Positions 10,240 to 21,073 of a stretch of DNA of 64,000 nt are shown piece by piece. Under the pieces are notes generated by a model that was not told the DNA's origin, ran no database searches, and saw nothing but the letters and a program-made list of their open reading frames with translations. Every line of letters begins with the position of its first letter. Position 1 is the stretch's first letter. The translations under genes and the position numbers were made by a program. This DNA is from Blastocatellia bacterium (GTDB lineage: Bacteria > Acidobacteriota > Blastocatellia > UBA7656), in NCBI GenBank assembly GCA_963765495.1, contig CAVXWP010000008.1:128001-192000 (forward strand), read 5' to 3'.

Positions 10240-10719
10240 TGCGGCAGCCTGACTCTTCATCTTGCGGGCGGCGTATTGGACGGCTTCGACTATGTTTTGA
10301 TAGCCGGTACATCGGCACAGATTGCCTTCGAGGCCGTGTCTGATCTCTTCATCGCCGGGGTCGGGGTTGTGCTCCAGAATTTGCGCCGCCGCTATTATCA
10401 TGCCGGGCGTACAGTAGCCACATTGCAAACCGTGCTGTTCCCAGAATCCTTCCTGAACCGGATGAAGCTGTCCGTCGGTGGCAAGCCCTTCGATAGTCTT
10501 TACGCTTGCGCCGTCGGCCTGTACGGCAAGGATTGTGCACGATTTGACCGCCTGATTATCCAGCATCACCGTACAGGCTCCGCAGATGGATGTTTCGCAG
10601 CCCACGTGCGTTCCGGTGAGGCCGAGCACCTCTCTGAGGTAGTGGACCAGCAACAGGCGCGGCTCGATTTCGTGCCGGTGATCGGCTCCATTCACATTTA
10701 TGGTGATAGCTTTTTTCAT
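10231..10719 (-). CDS. coxS: [2Fe-2S] small subunit (CoxS/CutS-like)
   Basis: [19 protein letters not shown] and NLCRCTGY motifs. Confidence 0.92.
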   Translation of the reverse strand: MKKAITINVNGADHRHEIEPRLLLVHYLREVLGLTGTHVGCETSICGACTVMLDNQAVKSCTILAVQADGASVKTIEGLATDGQLHPVQEGFWEQHGLQCGYCTPGMIIAAAQILEHNPDPGDEEIRHGLEGNLCRCTGYQNIVEAVQYAARKMKSQAAAGE

Positions 10720-10982
10720 CTAAGCCACCTCGCTTGATTTTAACATCCGGCCCGTGGCGTGGCGGCCGGTTTATCGGGTCTGAAAAGTCAATATTGCAGT
10801 AGCTTTAACAAGCCATAAATCGTTTCTCCCCGGTTGGCCGCATACTAGCACTTGGGAAAACGAGATTCAAGCGCGCGCCTTGCGCGGAGAGCTAATTCCT
10901 TCTCAACTTTCAGTGATTTCCTAATCTATCAACAGATCAGGCTGAAGACTATCGGGCGCTGAATTTCTTATAAGCTTTATTG

Positions 10983-11843
10983 TCAAAGCAAGTCCGGTAC
11001 CTTGACCGCCTTCGCCCGGTCCTTTTCTATCTGTTTGGCCTCGTCCCACAGGGCGTCCATCTCCGTGTGATCCGAATCCGATGGCTTGCGCCCCTGCTCT
11101 CTGAGGCGGGCTTCGATATGGCGGAATCGTCGTCGGAACTTTCTGTTGGAACCTTTGAGCGCGCTTTCCGGGTCAACGCCGAGCAGCCGGGCCACGTTCA
11201 CGGCTACAAAGAGCAGGTCTCCGACTTCGCCCGCGATTTCCTGATGATTTGCTTCTTCGCTTGAGACGGCCATCTTTAACTCTTCGACCTCTTCGTCGAG
11301 TTTCTCAAGAACCGAAGCGACATCGGGCCAGTCAAAATCTACGCGGGCAACTTTTGTGGTCATCTGAAAGGCTTCCATCACGGCGGGAAGCCTGGTCGAA
11401 ACACTGTCGAGCATCGAAGTGTTCTCATCCGTCGCTTTGCCTTTGGCTTTTAGCTCGGCCTCCTTTATGGCCTCCCAGTTGCGGAGCACTTCGCCCGACG
11501 TCTCGGCTTTGTCTTCGCCAAAGACGTGGGGGTGACGTCGAATCATCTTAGACGATACGCGATTCGTAACATCCGCGATGGTAAAACGGTCCTCTTCGGC
11601 GGCTATCTGGCTGTGAAAGACTACCTGCAACAAGAGGTCCCCGAGCTCGCCCATAAACTCTTCGTCATTGCCTTCGTCGATGGATTCGATCACCTCGTAG
11701 GCTTCTTCGAGCAGCATAGGTTTCAGGCTTTCGTGTGTCTGTTCGCGGTCCCACGGGCAGCCTCCCGGCGCTCTCAGTCGCGCTATCAACTCCACCAGAT
11801 CGCCGAAGCTCTTGCCCCCATTCTTCTCAGATGAATCATTCAT
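10983..11843 (-). CDS. mazG: Nucleoside triphosphate pyrophosphohydrolase MazG
   Basis: GCPWDREQT, EEAYEV, ELGDLLLQVVFH and RRHPHVFG motifs, plus a second domain with EVGDLLF. Confidence 0.95.
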   Translation of the reverse strand: MNDSSEKNGGKSFGDLVELIARLRAPGGCPWDREQTHESLKPMLLEEAYEVIESIDEGNDEEFMGELGDLLLQVVFHSQIAAEEDRFTIADVTNRVSSKMIRRHPHVFGEDKAETSGEVLRNWEAIKEAELKAKGKATDENTSMLDSVSTRLPAVMEAFQMTTKVARVDFDWPDVASVLEKLDEEVEELKMAVSSEEANHQEIAGEVGDLLFVAVNVARLLGVDPESALKGSNRKFRRRFRHIEARLREQGRKPSDSDHTEMDALWDEAKQIEKDRAKAVKVPDLL

Positions 11844-11957
11844 ACCTCGAATTTACAGGAACCCCTCCGGCCTGAGCAAGGCATCGGTCGGTGAAGAGAC
11901 TTGACACTTTCCCACAAACCAGACTTATTCTTCATGAAGGTCAAAAACTTTAAGCCT

Positions 11958-13055
11958 ATGAAACGACATTCCAGCGACACGAAGAGAACCGAAATTGGCG
12001 AGTATGATCCATTCGTCCGAGGGCGATTCCCCGTTGGCGTGCGTACGATCCAGGCGTTTGACACGGTACGAAACCGACTTTTTCCTTGTGAGATATGGTA
12101 TCCGGCGGCTGCGCAACACGCGGATCAGGATACTGCACCAGACACCCGAGATTTCTTCACCGTTCCGCCAGACGACACACTACGGAGTCAAATGGCTGTG
12201 CGCGATGCCGCAGCCCTGCCCGGAACCTATCCGTTGATCATTTATTCGCATGGCAGCGCGCGAGGTGCGCGACGGATGGCCACGTTTCTTACGACACACC
12301 TGAGCAGCCGGGGGTATGTGGTCGCGGCCCTGGATCATTCTGAGGTTGTGGCCGCTGAACTCGCCCCCGGAAAGAATGAGACAAAGGAAGAAAAGAGGGC
12401 TCGGGCGGAGGCCGTGATTGCCAACCGTGTGCCTGATATACGAGTTCTCCTCGATCATCTGCTTGAGGGCGCAGCGTGGGAGTCGGGAATCAGCATAGAC
12501 CCTGCTCAGATCGCAATTGTGGGATACAGTTTCGGAGGATGGACAGCACTTGCCGCGACTGCCGTCGAGTGGCGCATCCGGGCAGTGGTGGCGCTCGTGC
12601 CTGCCGGTAGCTCCAGGCCGAAACCCGGGATTCTTCCGGTGAAACTGACATTCAATTGGGGCCGTGATGTGCCTGCGCTTTATCTGGTTGCCGAAAACGA
12701 TACTATGACCCCGCTTGTCGGGATGTATGAGCTGTTTGCAAGGACTCCGGCAACAAAACAGATGGTCATCTTGCGCAGCGCCGACCACCTACATTTCCTG
12801 GACAATGCCGAGCAAGAGCACGAGTCAGCGCGGACAATGGAGTGGCCCGAAGAGTTAGCCTGGATTCCAAAGGAGATGCGGCCAATTGCGGAACTCTGCT
12901 CGGGGGAACAGGCTCACATATTCGCGCGTGGACTCACGCTCTCTCACATGGATGCCATATTGAGACGACGCGAAGAAGCGCAGCGCTTTTTGCTTGGGGA
13001 TATTAAAGCCGAACTTGCAATGCGAGGCGTCGATGCGATTGTGTATAAGCCCTGA
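11958..13055 (+). CDS. Alpha/beta hydrolase (PAF-acetylhydrolase/chlorophyllase-like)
   Basis: PLIIYSHG, GYVVAALDH, GYSFGG and ADHLHF motifs; start uncertain (11901-11958). Confidence 0.8.
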   Translation: MKRHSSDTKRTEIGEYDPFVRGRFPVGVRTIQAFDTVRNRLFPCEIWYPAAAQHADQDTAPDTRDFFTVPPDDTLRSQMAVRDAAALPGTYPLIIYSHGSARGARRMATFLTTHLSSRGYVVAALDHSEVVAAELAPGKNETKEEKRARAEAVIANRVPDIRVLLDHLLEGAAWESGISIDPAQIAIVGYSFGGWTALAATAVEWRIRAVVALVPAGSSRPKPGILPVKLTFNWGRDVPALYLVAENDTMTPLVGMYELFARTPATKQMVILRSADHLHFLDNAEQEHESARTMEWPEELAWIPKEMRPIAELCSGEQAHIFARGLTLSHMDAILRRREEAQRFLLGDIKAELAMRGVDAIVYKP

Positions 13056-13200
13056 CAAGGCTGACGCGCATTAAGACTCTCTTCACACCTTCAACCACAT
13101 CTGGCCGATGAAAGCGTCAGGGGGCAGGAACTTTTCTGCGCCGACAGTGTCTAAATCTGCGAGTTCTTCTTCTAACTTTATTTTGATGATTGGAGGTGAA

Positions 13201-13650
13201 ATGAAATACGAAACTGCTCAGGGACCAATTCGTAGGATGCTTTCCTTTAAACCTGAACCGAACATTAATGTTACGCCGCTCATTGATGTCCTGCTTGTTC
13301 TTCTGATCATCTTTATGGTGATTCAGCCTCATAGAGAATCAAAGTTTGAGTCACAAATTCCCAAAAAGCCCAGAGAAAACCCCGAGGAGAGACCCACCCC
13401 GCCACCCGATCTCTTAGTGGTTGAGGTGAAGACGGGTGCCGGGCTTGACCAGACAGTCGAGTTGAACTCCACCCCAATGTCCTTGCTGGAATTGGGACCC
13501 GTACTCAAGGAAGTGCTTGAACAACGTCTGACCAGAACTGTTTACATCAAAGCTCCAAAAGAGAAACAGTATGGAGATGTTGTAGATGTTATTGATGTAT
13601 TGAAGGGAGCAGGCGCTCAACCGATAGGATTGCAGATAGATTATCTTTAA
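13201..13650 (+). CDS. exbD: Biopolymer transport protein ExbD/TolR family
   Basis: INVTPLIDVLLVLLIIFMV motif; GGAGG upstream of the ATG at 13201. Confidence 0.88.
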   Translation: MKYETAQGPIRRMLSFKPEPNINVTPLIDVLLVLLIIFMVIQPHRESKFESQIPKKPRENPEERPTPPPDLLVVEVKTGAGLDQTVELNSTPMSLLELGPVLKEVLEQRLTRTVYIKAPKEKQYGDVVDVIDVLKGAGAQPIGLQIDYL

Positions 13651-13655
13651 TCAAA

Positions 13656-15836
13656 TCATCTGATCTTATAAATCACATTGCCAAATTTATCACTGTAGAC
13701 CTGGTCAAGAAACTTGCTGCTGTACAGTTCCAGGATTGCCCAGTTCATTAGCTGTGCCTGATAATCCGGGCCGGCTTTGATCGGGAGACCGGAAATGTTC
13801 GGGTAATTCTCTCGCCCCATCTCTGCTACGAATGTGAATAACCCGTAAGCTACCCAGATGTAATTTACGCCTCGCCCTTTCATATCCTGGTTGAGTTCTT
13901 CTAACGACTTGTTGCGAATAAGCAGCCGCCGCCACTCGGTCGAATCCCAGTTTACATCCGCGATATAGTCGCGCTTGAGGTCGTAGCAGGTCTGGGCTCC
14001 GATCAACATCACACGCGACCCTTCAGGGGTTGAATTGTTTATGAAATAGGAAGGAGGATAGTAGTAAAAATTCCTCATATAATCGGTCCGTGAGATAGCG
14101 CCTGTCGTGAAGTTCAGGTCGTTTGAGTTCTTATATTGGCTGAGGCTCAATAAGATGGTGGGGCCAAGTGTACATGCCAGGGCGATGGTCGAGATCCACT
14201 TCTTTCTTGAATAAGGTGATTGATGCTGTATTGCCCAATCGGTGCGGGCAGTCAGCTCGATGATAGTATAGGCGCTGATCAACGTAAGTGCCGGATAAGT
14301 TGGCAATAGGAGTCGCGCTATCCAGGATGTCTGTATAGCGGCGAGAAAAAAGACCAGGCTGAATATCCCGAGCCATATTAACCATCGGACTCTGCCGACA
14401 AATACAAATAGCGGGGCAAATAAAAAGAGATAATTTGGGTAATGAAAATTTTCGGCCATGTTATAGGTATCCGACTTTGTGAAGTACTCCCAGAATCGAA
14501 GTGGGTGTCGACTTACCCGTCTTGATGCTGCTCTTGCCATCTCTATTTCCCGCTGTCTTACAAGCTCGGGCATCTCGCTGCGCGTCCTCGCATAATGGGC
14601 ATCCAGTTTGGCTTGATCGTCGGCATTAAAGTAGCGTACCTGCCCCGGAGCAAGCTCTGCCACCTCGCCTGTTACAAACGGATAGACAGGGTTTCCAAAC
14701 CAGATGAAATTCTTGATAAACCACGGTGAGGCCAATGCCGCAAGAATGGCTGAGTAGATTATCCCCCTCTTTATTATAGTTAGAGCGCCGTCCTTGCCCC
14801 GCGTGAAACTTTCTACCAGATACATGACGCCGAGCAGGATTATATAGATCCCGGCAGAGTACTTTATCCCAAGACTAAAACCTGAAAGCATCGCCGAGGC
14901 ATAAAGCCATCCCTTTTGGCGGGTCTCGAAATATGTCATCATCGCGTAGGCGGCCAAAAACAACATTCCAGCCAGCGAAACATCTATTCGAGATGTGATC
15001 GCTACTTCGACAACCATACCCGTGGCAAAGAAGCCAAACATCGCAAACAACCCGACGCGACGCGTAAGAAAACGCAGGCTGAATCCATAGAGCGCAAGCG
15101 AGCAAACCACGGCCAGGCACAGGCTGAAAAGTTTAGCCGCGATATCGGATTTGGCAATCAGGCAAATGGCGTAGATCATCTGGATCAGAAAGGGCATGTT
15201 ACCGGCCCAGTTGTCGGTTACAGGGAAGACGCGACCTCGTTCGACAAATAATTTTGTGACCGATAGATGATAAATGGCTTCATCAGGAGTATGCGGAGGC
15301 GTCAGGGTGCGCAAGGCAAGGATGAATATCAAAGTAACGAAGAGTAAAGTAAATAATAGATTAAACCTTGTCGACTTAATGCCTGCAATTCCTCTCTCAA
15401 TTGCCGTCAGCAGTGTTTCACCCTCTCGCCAGGATGGAATGATCAATAAGACGATGACCAGAACAACCGGGAGCGGTGTGAGAAGACCGGCAAGACCTAA
15501 TCCAAGTATCAGAAGGCCGAGTATTCCGACCCCTATCATTATTGAAAATGAAAGTTCTTCGGCAACATTCGCAAACTCAATTGATAAGAGTCTCGCGCTT
15601 TTGCGTCCAATCGCAAAGCATACACCTGTCAATCCGAGGGCCAGAGTTATATCAAATATTCGGTCAAATATTAGTGTCGCTCCCCTATAGTTCTCTCCCA
15701 GTCGTGTAAACTCGATGTGAGCGTAAAACAGCCCAGCTCCAATCAGCGCAGCCAGTATAAAGACCAGATAAGACGATATTCTGCTTCTATCCTTAACCAT
15801 GGGGTTCGCACTAATCATCGTGTTTAATCTATCCAT
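13656..15836 (-). CDS. ArnT/PMT-like GT-C fold membrane glycosyltransferase
   Basis: Many transmembrane helices; DEAIYHL, LGIKYS and PWFIKN..GNPVYP motifs. Confidence 0.7.
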   Translation of the reverse strand: MDRLNTMISANPMVKDRSRISSYLVFILAALIGAGLFYAHIEFTRLGENYRGATLIFDRIFDITLALGLTGVCFAIGRKSARLLSIEFANVAEELSFSIMIGVGILGLLILGLGLAGLLTPLPVVLVIVLLIIPSWREGETLLTAIERGIAGIKSTRFNLLFTLLFVTLIFILALRTLTPPHTPDEAIYHLSVTKLFVERGRVFPVTDNWAGNMPFLIQMIYAICLIAKSDIAAKLFSLCLAVVCSLALYGFSLRFLTRRVGLFAMFGFFATGMVVEVAITSRIDVSLAGMLFLAAYAMMTYFETRQKGWLYASAMLSGFSLGIKYSAGIYIILLGVMYLVESFTRGKDGALTIIKRGIIYSAILAALASPWFIKNFIWFGNPVYPFVTGEVAELAPGQVRYFNADDQAKLDAHYARTRSEMPELVRQREIEMARAASRRVSRHPLRFWEYFTKSDTYNMAENFHYPNYLFLFAPLFVFVGRVRWLIWLGIFSLVFFLAAIQTSWIARLLLPTYPALTLISAYTIIELTARTDWAIQHQSPYSRKKWISTIALACTLGPTILLSLSQYKNSNDLNFTTGAISRTDYMRNFYYYPPSYFINNSTPEGSRVMLIGAQTCYDLKRDYIADVNWDSTEWRRLLIRNKSLEELNQDMKGRGVNYIWVAYGLFTFVAEMGRENYPNISGLPIKAGPDYQAQLMNWAILELYSSKFLDQVYSDKFGNVIYKIR

Positions 15837-16003
15837 ATTTTTATTTGAATCCCCGCAGCCAGCCTAAACGCCAAACCGCTAGATGTAAAGTGTTTGATTT
15901 TACTGTCCTGCTTTAGGAGAAAAGCGAGGCCGGGCTGGGAAAGAGTGCGGAATGTAATGACAGGCCGTAATTGGACGGCCTGACCGGAAATTCCAATTCC
16001 GCT

Positions 16004-16954
16004 TTATTGGCTCGTTAGCTGGCTCAGGTAATATTCCATGAATTCATTCCGTCTGGGCTCCAGGCAAACGGTTACGGGCTTGCCGCGTTCCCGGTCTATG
16101 CGTGTGTAGCCTTGATCGTCAACGATAAGCGGCAGCTTTTCCTGCTTCACGAAGAAGCTGCCCGGGCTGGCCGTTTCGGCGACGGCAAGTTGATCGTGCA
16201 GCGTCATGCGCTGTGTCGGGCTGCTGAGCCACAAACGATAGAGACATTCCAGCGCATAGGTGAGCGGTGAATGGTGATCAGCCACGCGCTTGCGTTCTTC
16301 ATCGCTCAACTGCACGTGCGTAGTCGCATCCAGCGGCACAATCGTCAACGGCAAACCGGCGCTATAGACCAGTTGCGCATCCCTGGTGGATTGATAGACG
16401 TTCCATTCCCGCACGGGTTTGTCGGGGCTAAACGACGCGCCGTAAACACACCCGCTCATCAACACGACGCGCTTCACGTACCTGGCTAAATCGGGCTCTT
16501 TACGCAATGCGTCAGCGATGTTCTGCAACGGACCTACGGCGATCAGGGTAACCTGGCCCGGGTAACGTCTAACCGTTTCTACGATAAAGTCAGCGGCGGA
16601 TTTCCTGGCCGGTCGTTTGGCCGTAAAGTCTTCGGCCCATGAGAATTGCGGAGAAACATTATCGTTTGTCTTGCGCCCTACAAAAACGGGTATGTCGTCG
16701 TGGTTAGTAAGGTGTAGTAATTTGCACGCGACCTTTGCGCGTTCCGGAGTGTTGCCGTGTGTTATTGTGACGCCGAGCGGCTCAAAGCCCTGATATGAAA
16801 TCAAGAAGCCAAGAGCCCACGCGTCGTCAATGTCGTCGGCGATATCTGTGTCTAAAATTACCTTGACCCTGCCGCCTTGCGCCGCCCCGCTCGCAGGGCA
16901 TAAAGCAAGGAAAACAGCAGTAAACAGGTATAAAAACATGGTTCGTTTGGTCAC
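16004..16954 (-). CDS. Secreted nucleoside hydrolase
   Basis: Signal peptide; DTDIADDIDDA, GPLQN, EWN and LHD motifs. Confidence 0.85.
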   Translation of the reverse strand: MTKRTMFLYLFTAVFLALCPASGAAQGGRVKVILDTDIADDIDDAWALGFLISYQGFEPLGVTITHGNTPERAKVACKLLHLTNHDDIPVFVGRKTNDNVSPQFSWAEDFTAKRPARKSAADFIVETVRRYPGQVTLIAVGPLQNIADALRKEPDLARYVKRVVLMSGCVYGASFSPDKPVREWNVYQSTRDAQLVYSAGLPLTIVPLDATTHVQLSDEERKRVADHHSPLTYALECLYRLWLSSPTQRMTLHDQLAVAETASPGSFFVKQEKLPLIVDDQGYTRIDRERGKPVTVCLEPRRNEFMEYYLSQLTSQ

Positions 16955-16955
16955 T

Positions 16956-17912
16956 TTATTTCCTCAAAACAATATCCACGATCAATGGGAAATGGTCCGA
17001 CCCTACATCGGGGCCGACTGACCGATCTTTTATTCCGATCCCTTCCGATATCAGACAGAAATCAATCGGTATTCTATACAGGATTGAGTCTGTTGGCCAT
17101 GTAGAACAAATCCCTCTACCTTTTGAGCTGTCTACAAGGGCGGCCTTTTTTACCAGCTTTCCGAAAGAGTATGACCAGGGAGAGGTGTTCAAATCGCCCA
17201 GTAATAACTTCTGATCCGGTATCTGAGCCAGATATTCTGCAACCGCCTCGATCTGGTCATCTCTAAACCTCGAATAAATCCCGCTTATCGGGGGTGGAGG
17301 GTGTGTTCCAAGCACCGCTAGCCGTTGTTGGCCGACATCGAATTCCGCGCTGATCGAGGGCGCTCCAGTTTCGCCAAAATAGATGATCTCGCATTTATCA
17401 CAGACCAGCTTGCTGTAGAGGGCTATCCCGGAATTATCGTCACGAGGCTCGCACTTTCGATAGGGATATAGGGGATAAAGTTGCTCTAATTCTTCTACCC
17501 ATGCCCGATTGACCTCGGTTAGCAATATGATGTCCGGGTCTCTGGCTTTAATAAGCTCTCTGACGAGATCGTATCTTTGATTCGCGGAATTGACATTAAG
17601 CGATAACACTCTAAGCACCGTCCGATTATCATCGGCAGCCGGGGGGACTGGCAGGTAGTAGGGGAGAATAGAGACGAGATTTACTGCGGCACATAATCCA
17701 AAGAGGATAGATTCTCGAAAGCGCCGCAATAGCAGCAGGCATATTAATATCGGCAAAATTGACAGAAGGTATTGCACCCGAAAGTGTGAAAAGAGATCGA
17801 ATACCCAAAATAAACCTCCGGCGAAACCCAGAATTGTGAGCAGGCAGATGATAGTACCGGGAGCAGTTAATAGCCCATATACTACAATCTGTTTGCCGGG
17901 AAACTTGCGCAT
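16956..17912 (-). CDS. Endonuclease/exonuclease/phosphatase family membrane protein
   Basis: Three N-terminal TM helices; SLNV, LTEV, GDLN, IDF and GSDHFP motifs. Confidence 0.88.
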   Translation of the reverse strand: MRKFPGKQIVVYGLLTAPGTIICLLTILGFAGGLFWVFDLFSHFRVQYLLSILPILICLLLLRRFRESILFGLCAAVNLVSILPYYLPVPPAADDNRTVLRVLSLNVNSANQRYDLVRELIKARDPDIILLTEVNRAWVEELEQLYPLYPYRKCEPRDDNSGIALYSKLVCDKCEIIYFGETGAPSISAEFDVGQQRLAVLGTHPPPPISGIYSRFRDDQIEAVAEYLAQIPDQKLLLGDLNTSPWSYSFGKLVKKAALVDSSKGRGICSTWPTDSILYRIPIDFCLISEGIGIKDRSVGPDVGSDHFPLIVDIVLRK

Positions 17913-17974
17913 ATGGCCTATTTCCGATTAGCCTGCCTTGAAACTCCGTTTGTTCCAATCTTCTGCATTTCGAT

Positions 17975-18275
17975 TTAGTGTAGAGACTCCTCACAAAACG
18001 CATCTATGGCAGCCGGTATGTCCGCAGTCGAGGCGGGTATCACCGTGCAATTGGGTATGCTGGAAGCGTAGAGGTCCGAGACTTCAGCCGGATGGATCGG
18101 GTCGTCGCCACGCACAAGCAATGTCGGAACGCGCAGAGAGTTTAAGTCTTGGGCGGAGGCAAAGGGCTGCGCGCCCGAAACGATAAAGTGGCTCGTCGCC
18201 ACTACGCTGGCCGGGTCGAATCCTTCTAACATCGCGAGCGCCTTCTCTCTAACTTCCGGCGGCAGGTTCGAAATT
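17975..18275 (-). pseudogene. 3' remnant of an alpha/beta hydrolase gene
   Basis: The frame reads ISNLPPEVREKALAMLEGFD...LRVPTLLVRGDDPIHP, a hydrolase C-terminus with no nucleophile-bearing N-terminal half; it overlaps the tail of the upstream gene. Confidence 0.6.
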
Positions 18276-18699
18276 TTCTTAGCTCCGTTTCAATATACTC
18301 CTGCATTTCAACGTCTATCCTTGCTCCGGCAAGGCTGAGCAAAAACCGCTCTATCGCACTCTCATTATCTTTGTAAAACTTCGCCTCTCGTCCTTCTCCA
18401 TAGGTGACATTACCTTTGTAGAGTCTGATTTGAGTTGTCTCTTTTGACTCCGAATCAGACACCTCAAGAATAAAGCCACGATAGCCCAGTTTATCGGAGA
18501 AAAAAGCATTCCTGGCAGGAGGAAGATTCTTGAGCTTTTCCAGAAGTGTATGTGCCTCCGATTCATCGAGGACCCAGGCAGGGTTAGGTCGCCCGCTGAA
18601 CACATCCAAAGTAACTCTGACATTAGTAACTCTGACATTGGTGCTTGTCTGTGAGGGAACCAATTGGAACAACAAGAGAACGCAGGAAATAACGAGCAT
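18226..18699 (-). CDS. Secreted hypothetical protein (LDVFSGRPNP / LGYRGF motifs); C-terminus probably altered by a deletion
   Basis: Signal peptide; GAGGAG RBS; 15-bp internal tandem duplication (TNVRV x2). Confidence 0.65.
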   Translation of the reverse strand: MLVISCVLLLFQLVPSQTSTNVRVTNVRVTLDVFSGRPNPAWVLDESEAHTLLEKLKNLPPARNAFFSDKLGYRGFILEVSDSESKETTQIRLYKGNVTYGEGREAKFYKDNESAIERFLLSLAGARIDVEMQEYIETELRKFRTCRRKLERRRSRC

Positions 18700-18751
18700 A
18701 ATGTCTACTCCTCAGAGCCAACAGTGTTTGATCCGAACCCTTCATCTCAAT

Positions 18752-20923
18752 TCAACGTGAGTTTGTATATTGGTTCCATTTCTTCATATCCTCTTGTGAG
18801 GCGGGCTTCAGGCTGAGGGCCGCCCCTCCCCCGTTTGCCAGGGCTATCTTTAACACTGTCTGATCATTTACAAGAAAATGTTGTATCTGATATGCCATCG
18901 GGTTCTTATCCCAACTGGCATCGGCGGTGTCGCCGTAAATCGTGGCCACATACCATCGCTTTGGAGCGAGATAATTTAACGCTATGCTGGCCGTGCGCCC
19001 GTGCTCGTCCGTTATTGCGCCGATGTACCATTCGTCCTTGTTCTTCGCCTTTCGAGCGATGGTCAGATAATCACCGGGCTCGGCTTCTAAAATCCTGGTA
19101 TCGTCCCAATCCACGGCTACGTCTCTGATAAACTGGAACGCATCCATATGCCGCTCATAGTTTTCGGGCAGATCGGCCGCCATCTGCAAGGGGCTGTACA
19201 TGGTTACGTACAGAGCCAGTTGTTTGGCCAGGGTCGTGCGTACCGTGCTCCGTACCTGCCCTTTCTTTTCGGGCGAATATTCATCGAACCTGATCTGAAA
19301 AATCCCCGGCGTATAATCCATCGGCCCACCCATCAGACGCGTGAAAGGCAGGATCGTTTCGTGTTCAGGAGGGTTGCCCGTGCTTGACCACCCTGAGTTA
19401 AACTCATTGCCTCTGGCCGCTTCACAAGCCAGCCAGTTCGGATATGTGCGTTGCAACCCCGTGGGCCGCACAGGCTCATGCGCATCGAGCATGATCTTAT
19501 ATCGGGCGGTCATTTCAGCCACCCTCACGTAATGATTCACCATCCACTGGCCGTCGTGATGCTCGCCTCGTGGAATGATTCTGCCGACATACCCGGTCTT
19601 TACGGAGTCGTATCCGTGCTCTTTCATGAAGCGATAGGCGTCCTCCATTCGGCGTTCGTAATTTGTGGCCGATCCCGACGTCTCGTGATGCATTATGAGC
19701 TTTACCCCTTTTGAGGCAGCATACTTTTCAAGCTCCGTGACATTGAAGTCGGGGTAGGGAGTTACAAAGTCGAATACATCTTCCTTCCAGTGGCCGAACC
19801 AGTCCTCCCAGCCCACATCCCAGCCTTCCACAAGCACGCCGTCAATGCCGTTCTTTGCGGCAAAATCTATATACCGCTTCGTGTTCTCAGTCGTTGCCCC
19901 GTGTTTACCGTTGGGTTTCAGGCTCGACCAGTCGGTCTCTTCCAGATTTATGTTGCTTGTGTCGGAGTAGTTCCACGTATACTTGCCTATGTGCATCCCC
20001 CACCAGATGCCAATAAATTTTTGCGGCTTGATCCAGCCTGTATCTTTTAGTTTGGAAGGCTCGTTCAAATTCAAAATGAGCTTGGAAGCCAGAATATCGG
20101 CCGCCTTATCGCTCACCACAATCGTGCGCCAGGGAGTCGTGGCCGGCGCTTGCATATATGCCTTGTTGCCTACGGGGTCTGGGACCAGTTGTGAAGTGAG
20201 TCCGAATGTCTGCTTGTTCACTAAAAGATCCATGGCCGGATAATTGATGAGCGCCGCTTCGTGTATGTTTATGTAGAGACCGTCGGCGGTCTTCATCATC
20301 AAGGGGGTCTGCACGGCATTGGGAGCGATGATGGACCTGACGGCGATCTCTGTCGAGGCCTCGCCCCTTGTGGCATCTACCTCGCTGAGCCGGGTCGTTG
20401 AGTAGGCATACTCGTTGGTGTCGTAATCGCCGGGTATCCAGAAGGTCTTATGATCGCCTATAAGATTGAATTCGGTCCTTTCATCAGAAACAATAAAATA
20501 CTTCAGGTTGTCCTGTTCGGGGAATTCATAGCGAAATCCCAGCCCGTCATCAAACAATCGGAATCTTATAATCATCTTTCGGTTGTTGACCGAGGGCTGT
20601 TGAAGCGTGAGCGTAAGTTCCCGATAATGATTTCGAATCCGTTTTACCTCTCCCCATACCGGCTCCCAGGTCTGGTCGAGTTGCGATGTGTCTGTTTTGA
20701 GCAGCGTGAACCCTCTGGTCAAGCCGGGCTGGTCTTTTAATTCGATACCCAGCTTGCTTTTTAGAATAACCGGCCTTCCCGCAAATGAGAGTTGATAGAT
20801 AGGCTCGCCCTCGGGTGTCATCTCGATTGATAGAGATAATTTCCCGCCGGGAGACTCGATCTGCTGGGCGTAGGCGTTAAGACTGAGGAACAAAAAAAAT
20901 AGAAACAACACAGTTTTTCGCAT
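18752..20923 (-). CDS. Glycoside hydrolase family 97 (SusB-like alpha-glucosidase)
   Basis: Signal peptide; IHEAAL, TPWRTI, IMHHETSG, HEPVRPTG, EAARGNE and GPMDYTPG motifs. Confidence 0.93.
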   Translation of the reverse strand: MRKTVLFLFFLFLSLNAYAQQIESPGGKLSLSIEMTPEGEPIYQLSFAGRPVILKSKLGIELKDQPGLTRGFTLLKTDTSQLDQTWEPVWGEVKRIRNHYRELTLTLQQPSVNNRKMIIRFRLFDDGLGFRYEFPEQDNLKYFIVSDERTEFNLIGDHKTFWIPGDYDTNEYAYSTTRLSEVDATRGEASTEIAVRSIIAPNAVQTPLMMKTADGLYINIHEAALINYPAMDLLVNKQTFGLTSQLVPDPVGNKAYMQAPATTPWRTIVVSDKAADILASKLILNLNEPSKLKDTGWIKPQKFIGIWWGMHIGKYTWNYSDTSNINLEETDWSSLKPNGKHGATTENTKRYIDFAAKNGIDGVLVEGWDVGWEDWFGHWKEDVFDFVTPYPDFNVTELEKYAASKGVKLIMHHETSGSATNYERRMEDAYRFMKEHGYDSVKTGYVGRIIPRGEHHDGQWMVNHYVRVAEMTARYKIMLDAHEPVRPTGLQRTYPNWLACEAARGNEFNSGWSSTGNPPEHETILPFTRLMGGPMDYTPGIFQIRFDEYSPEKKGQVRSTVRTTLAKQLALYVTMYSPLQMAADLPENYERHMDAFQFIRDVAVDWDDTRILEAEPGDYLTIARKAKNKDEWYIGAITDEHGRTASIALNYLAPKRWYVATIYGDTADASWDKNPMAYQIQHFLVNDQTVLKIALANGGGAALSLKPASQEDMKKWNQYTNSR

Positions 20924-21073
20924 AGACTCTTAAATCCTTTCCACCCTTTTCAATTAGCCATAAACAGAGGGGCCTTCTGGACCGATTCCAGGACACCTAA
21001 CCTAATACCCACAGGGTTGAAAATCAATAGCAGGACGAAAATATCGAGTCGTTCGCTTTAGCTCCGATAAAGC

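Noticed and set aside
10720-10980. Moco riboswitch upstream of the cox-type operon
   Set aside because: No recognisable Moco RNA motif stems or conserved segments.
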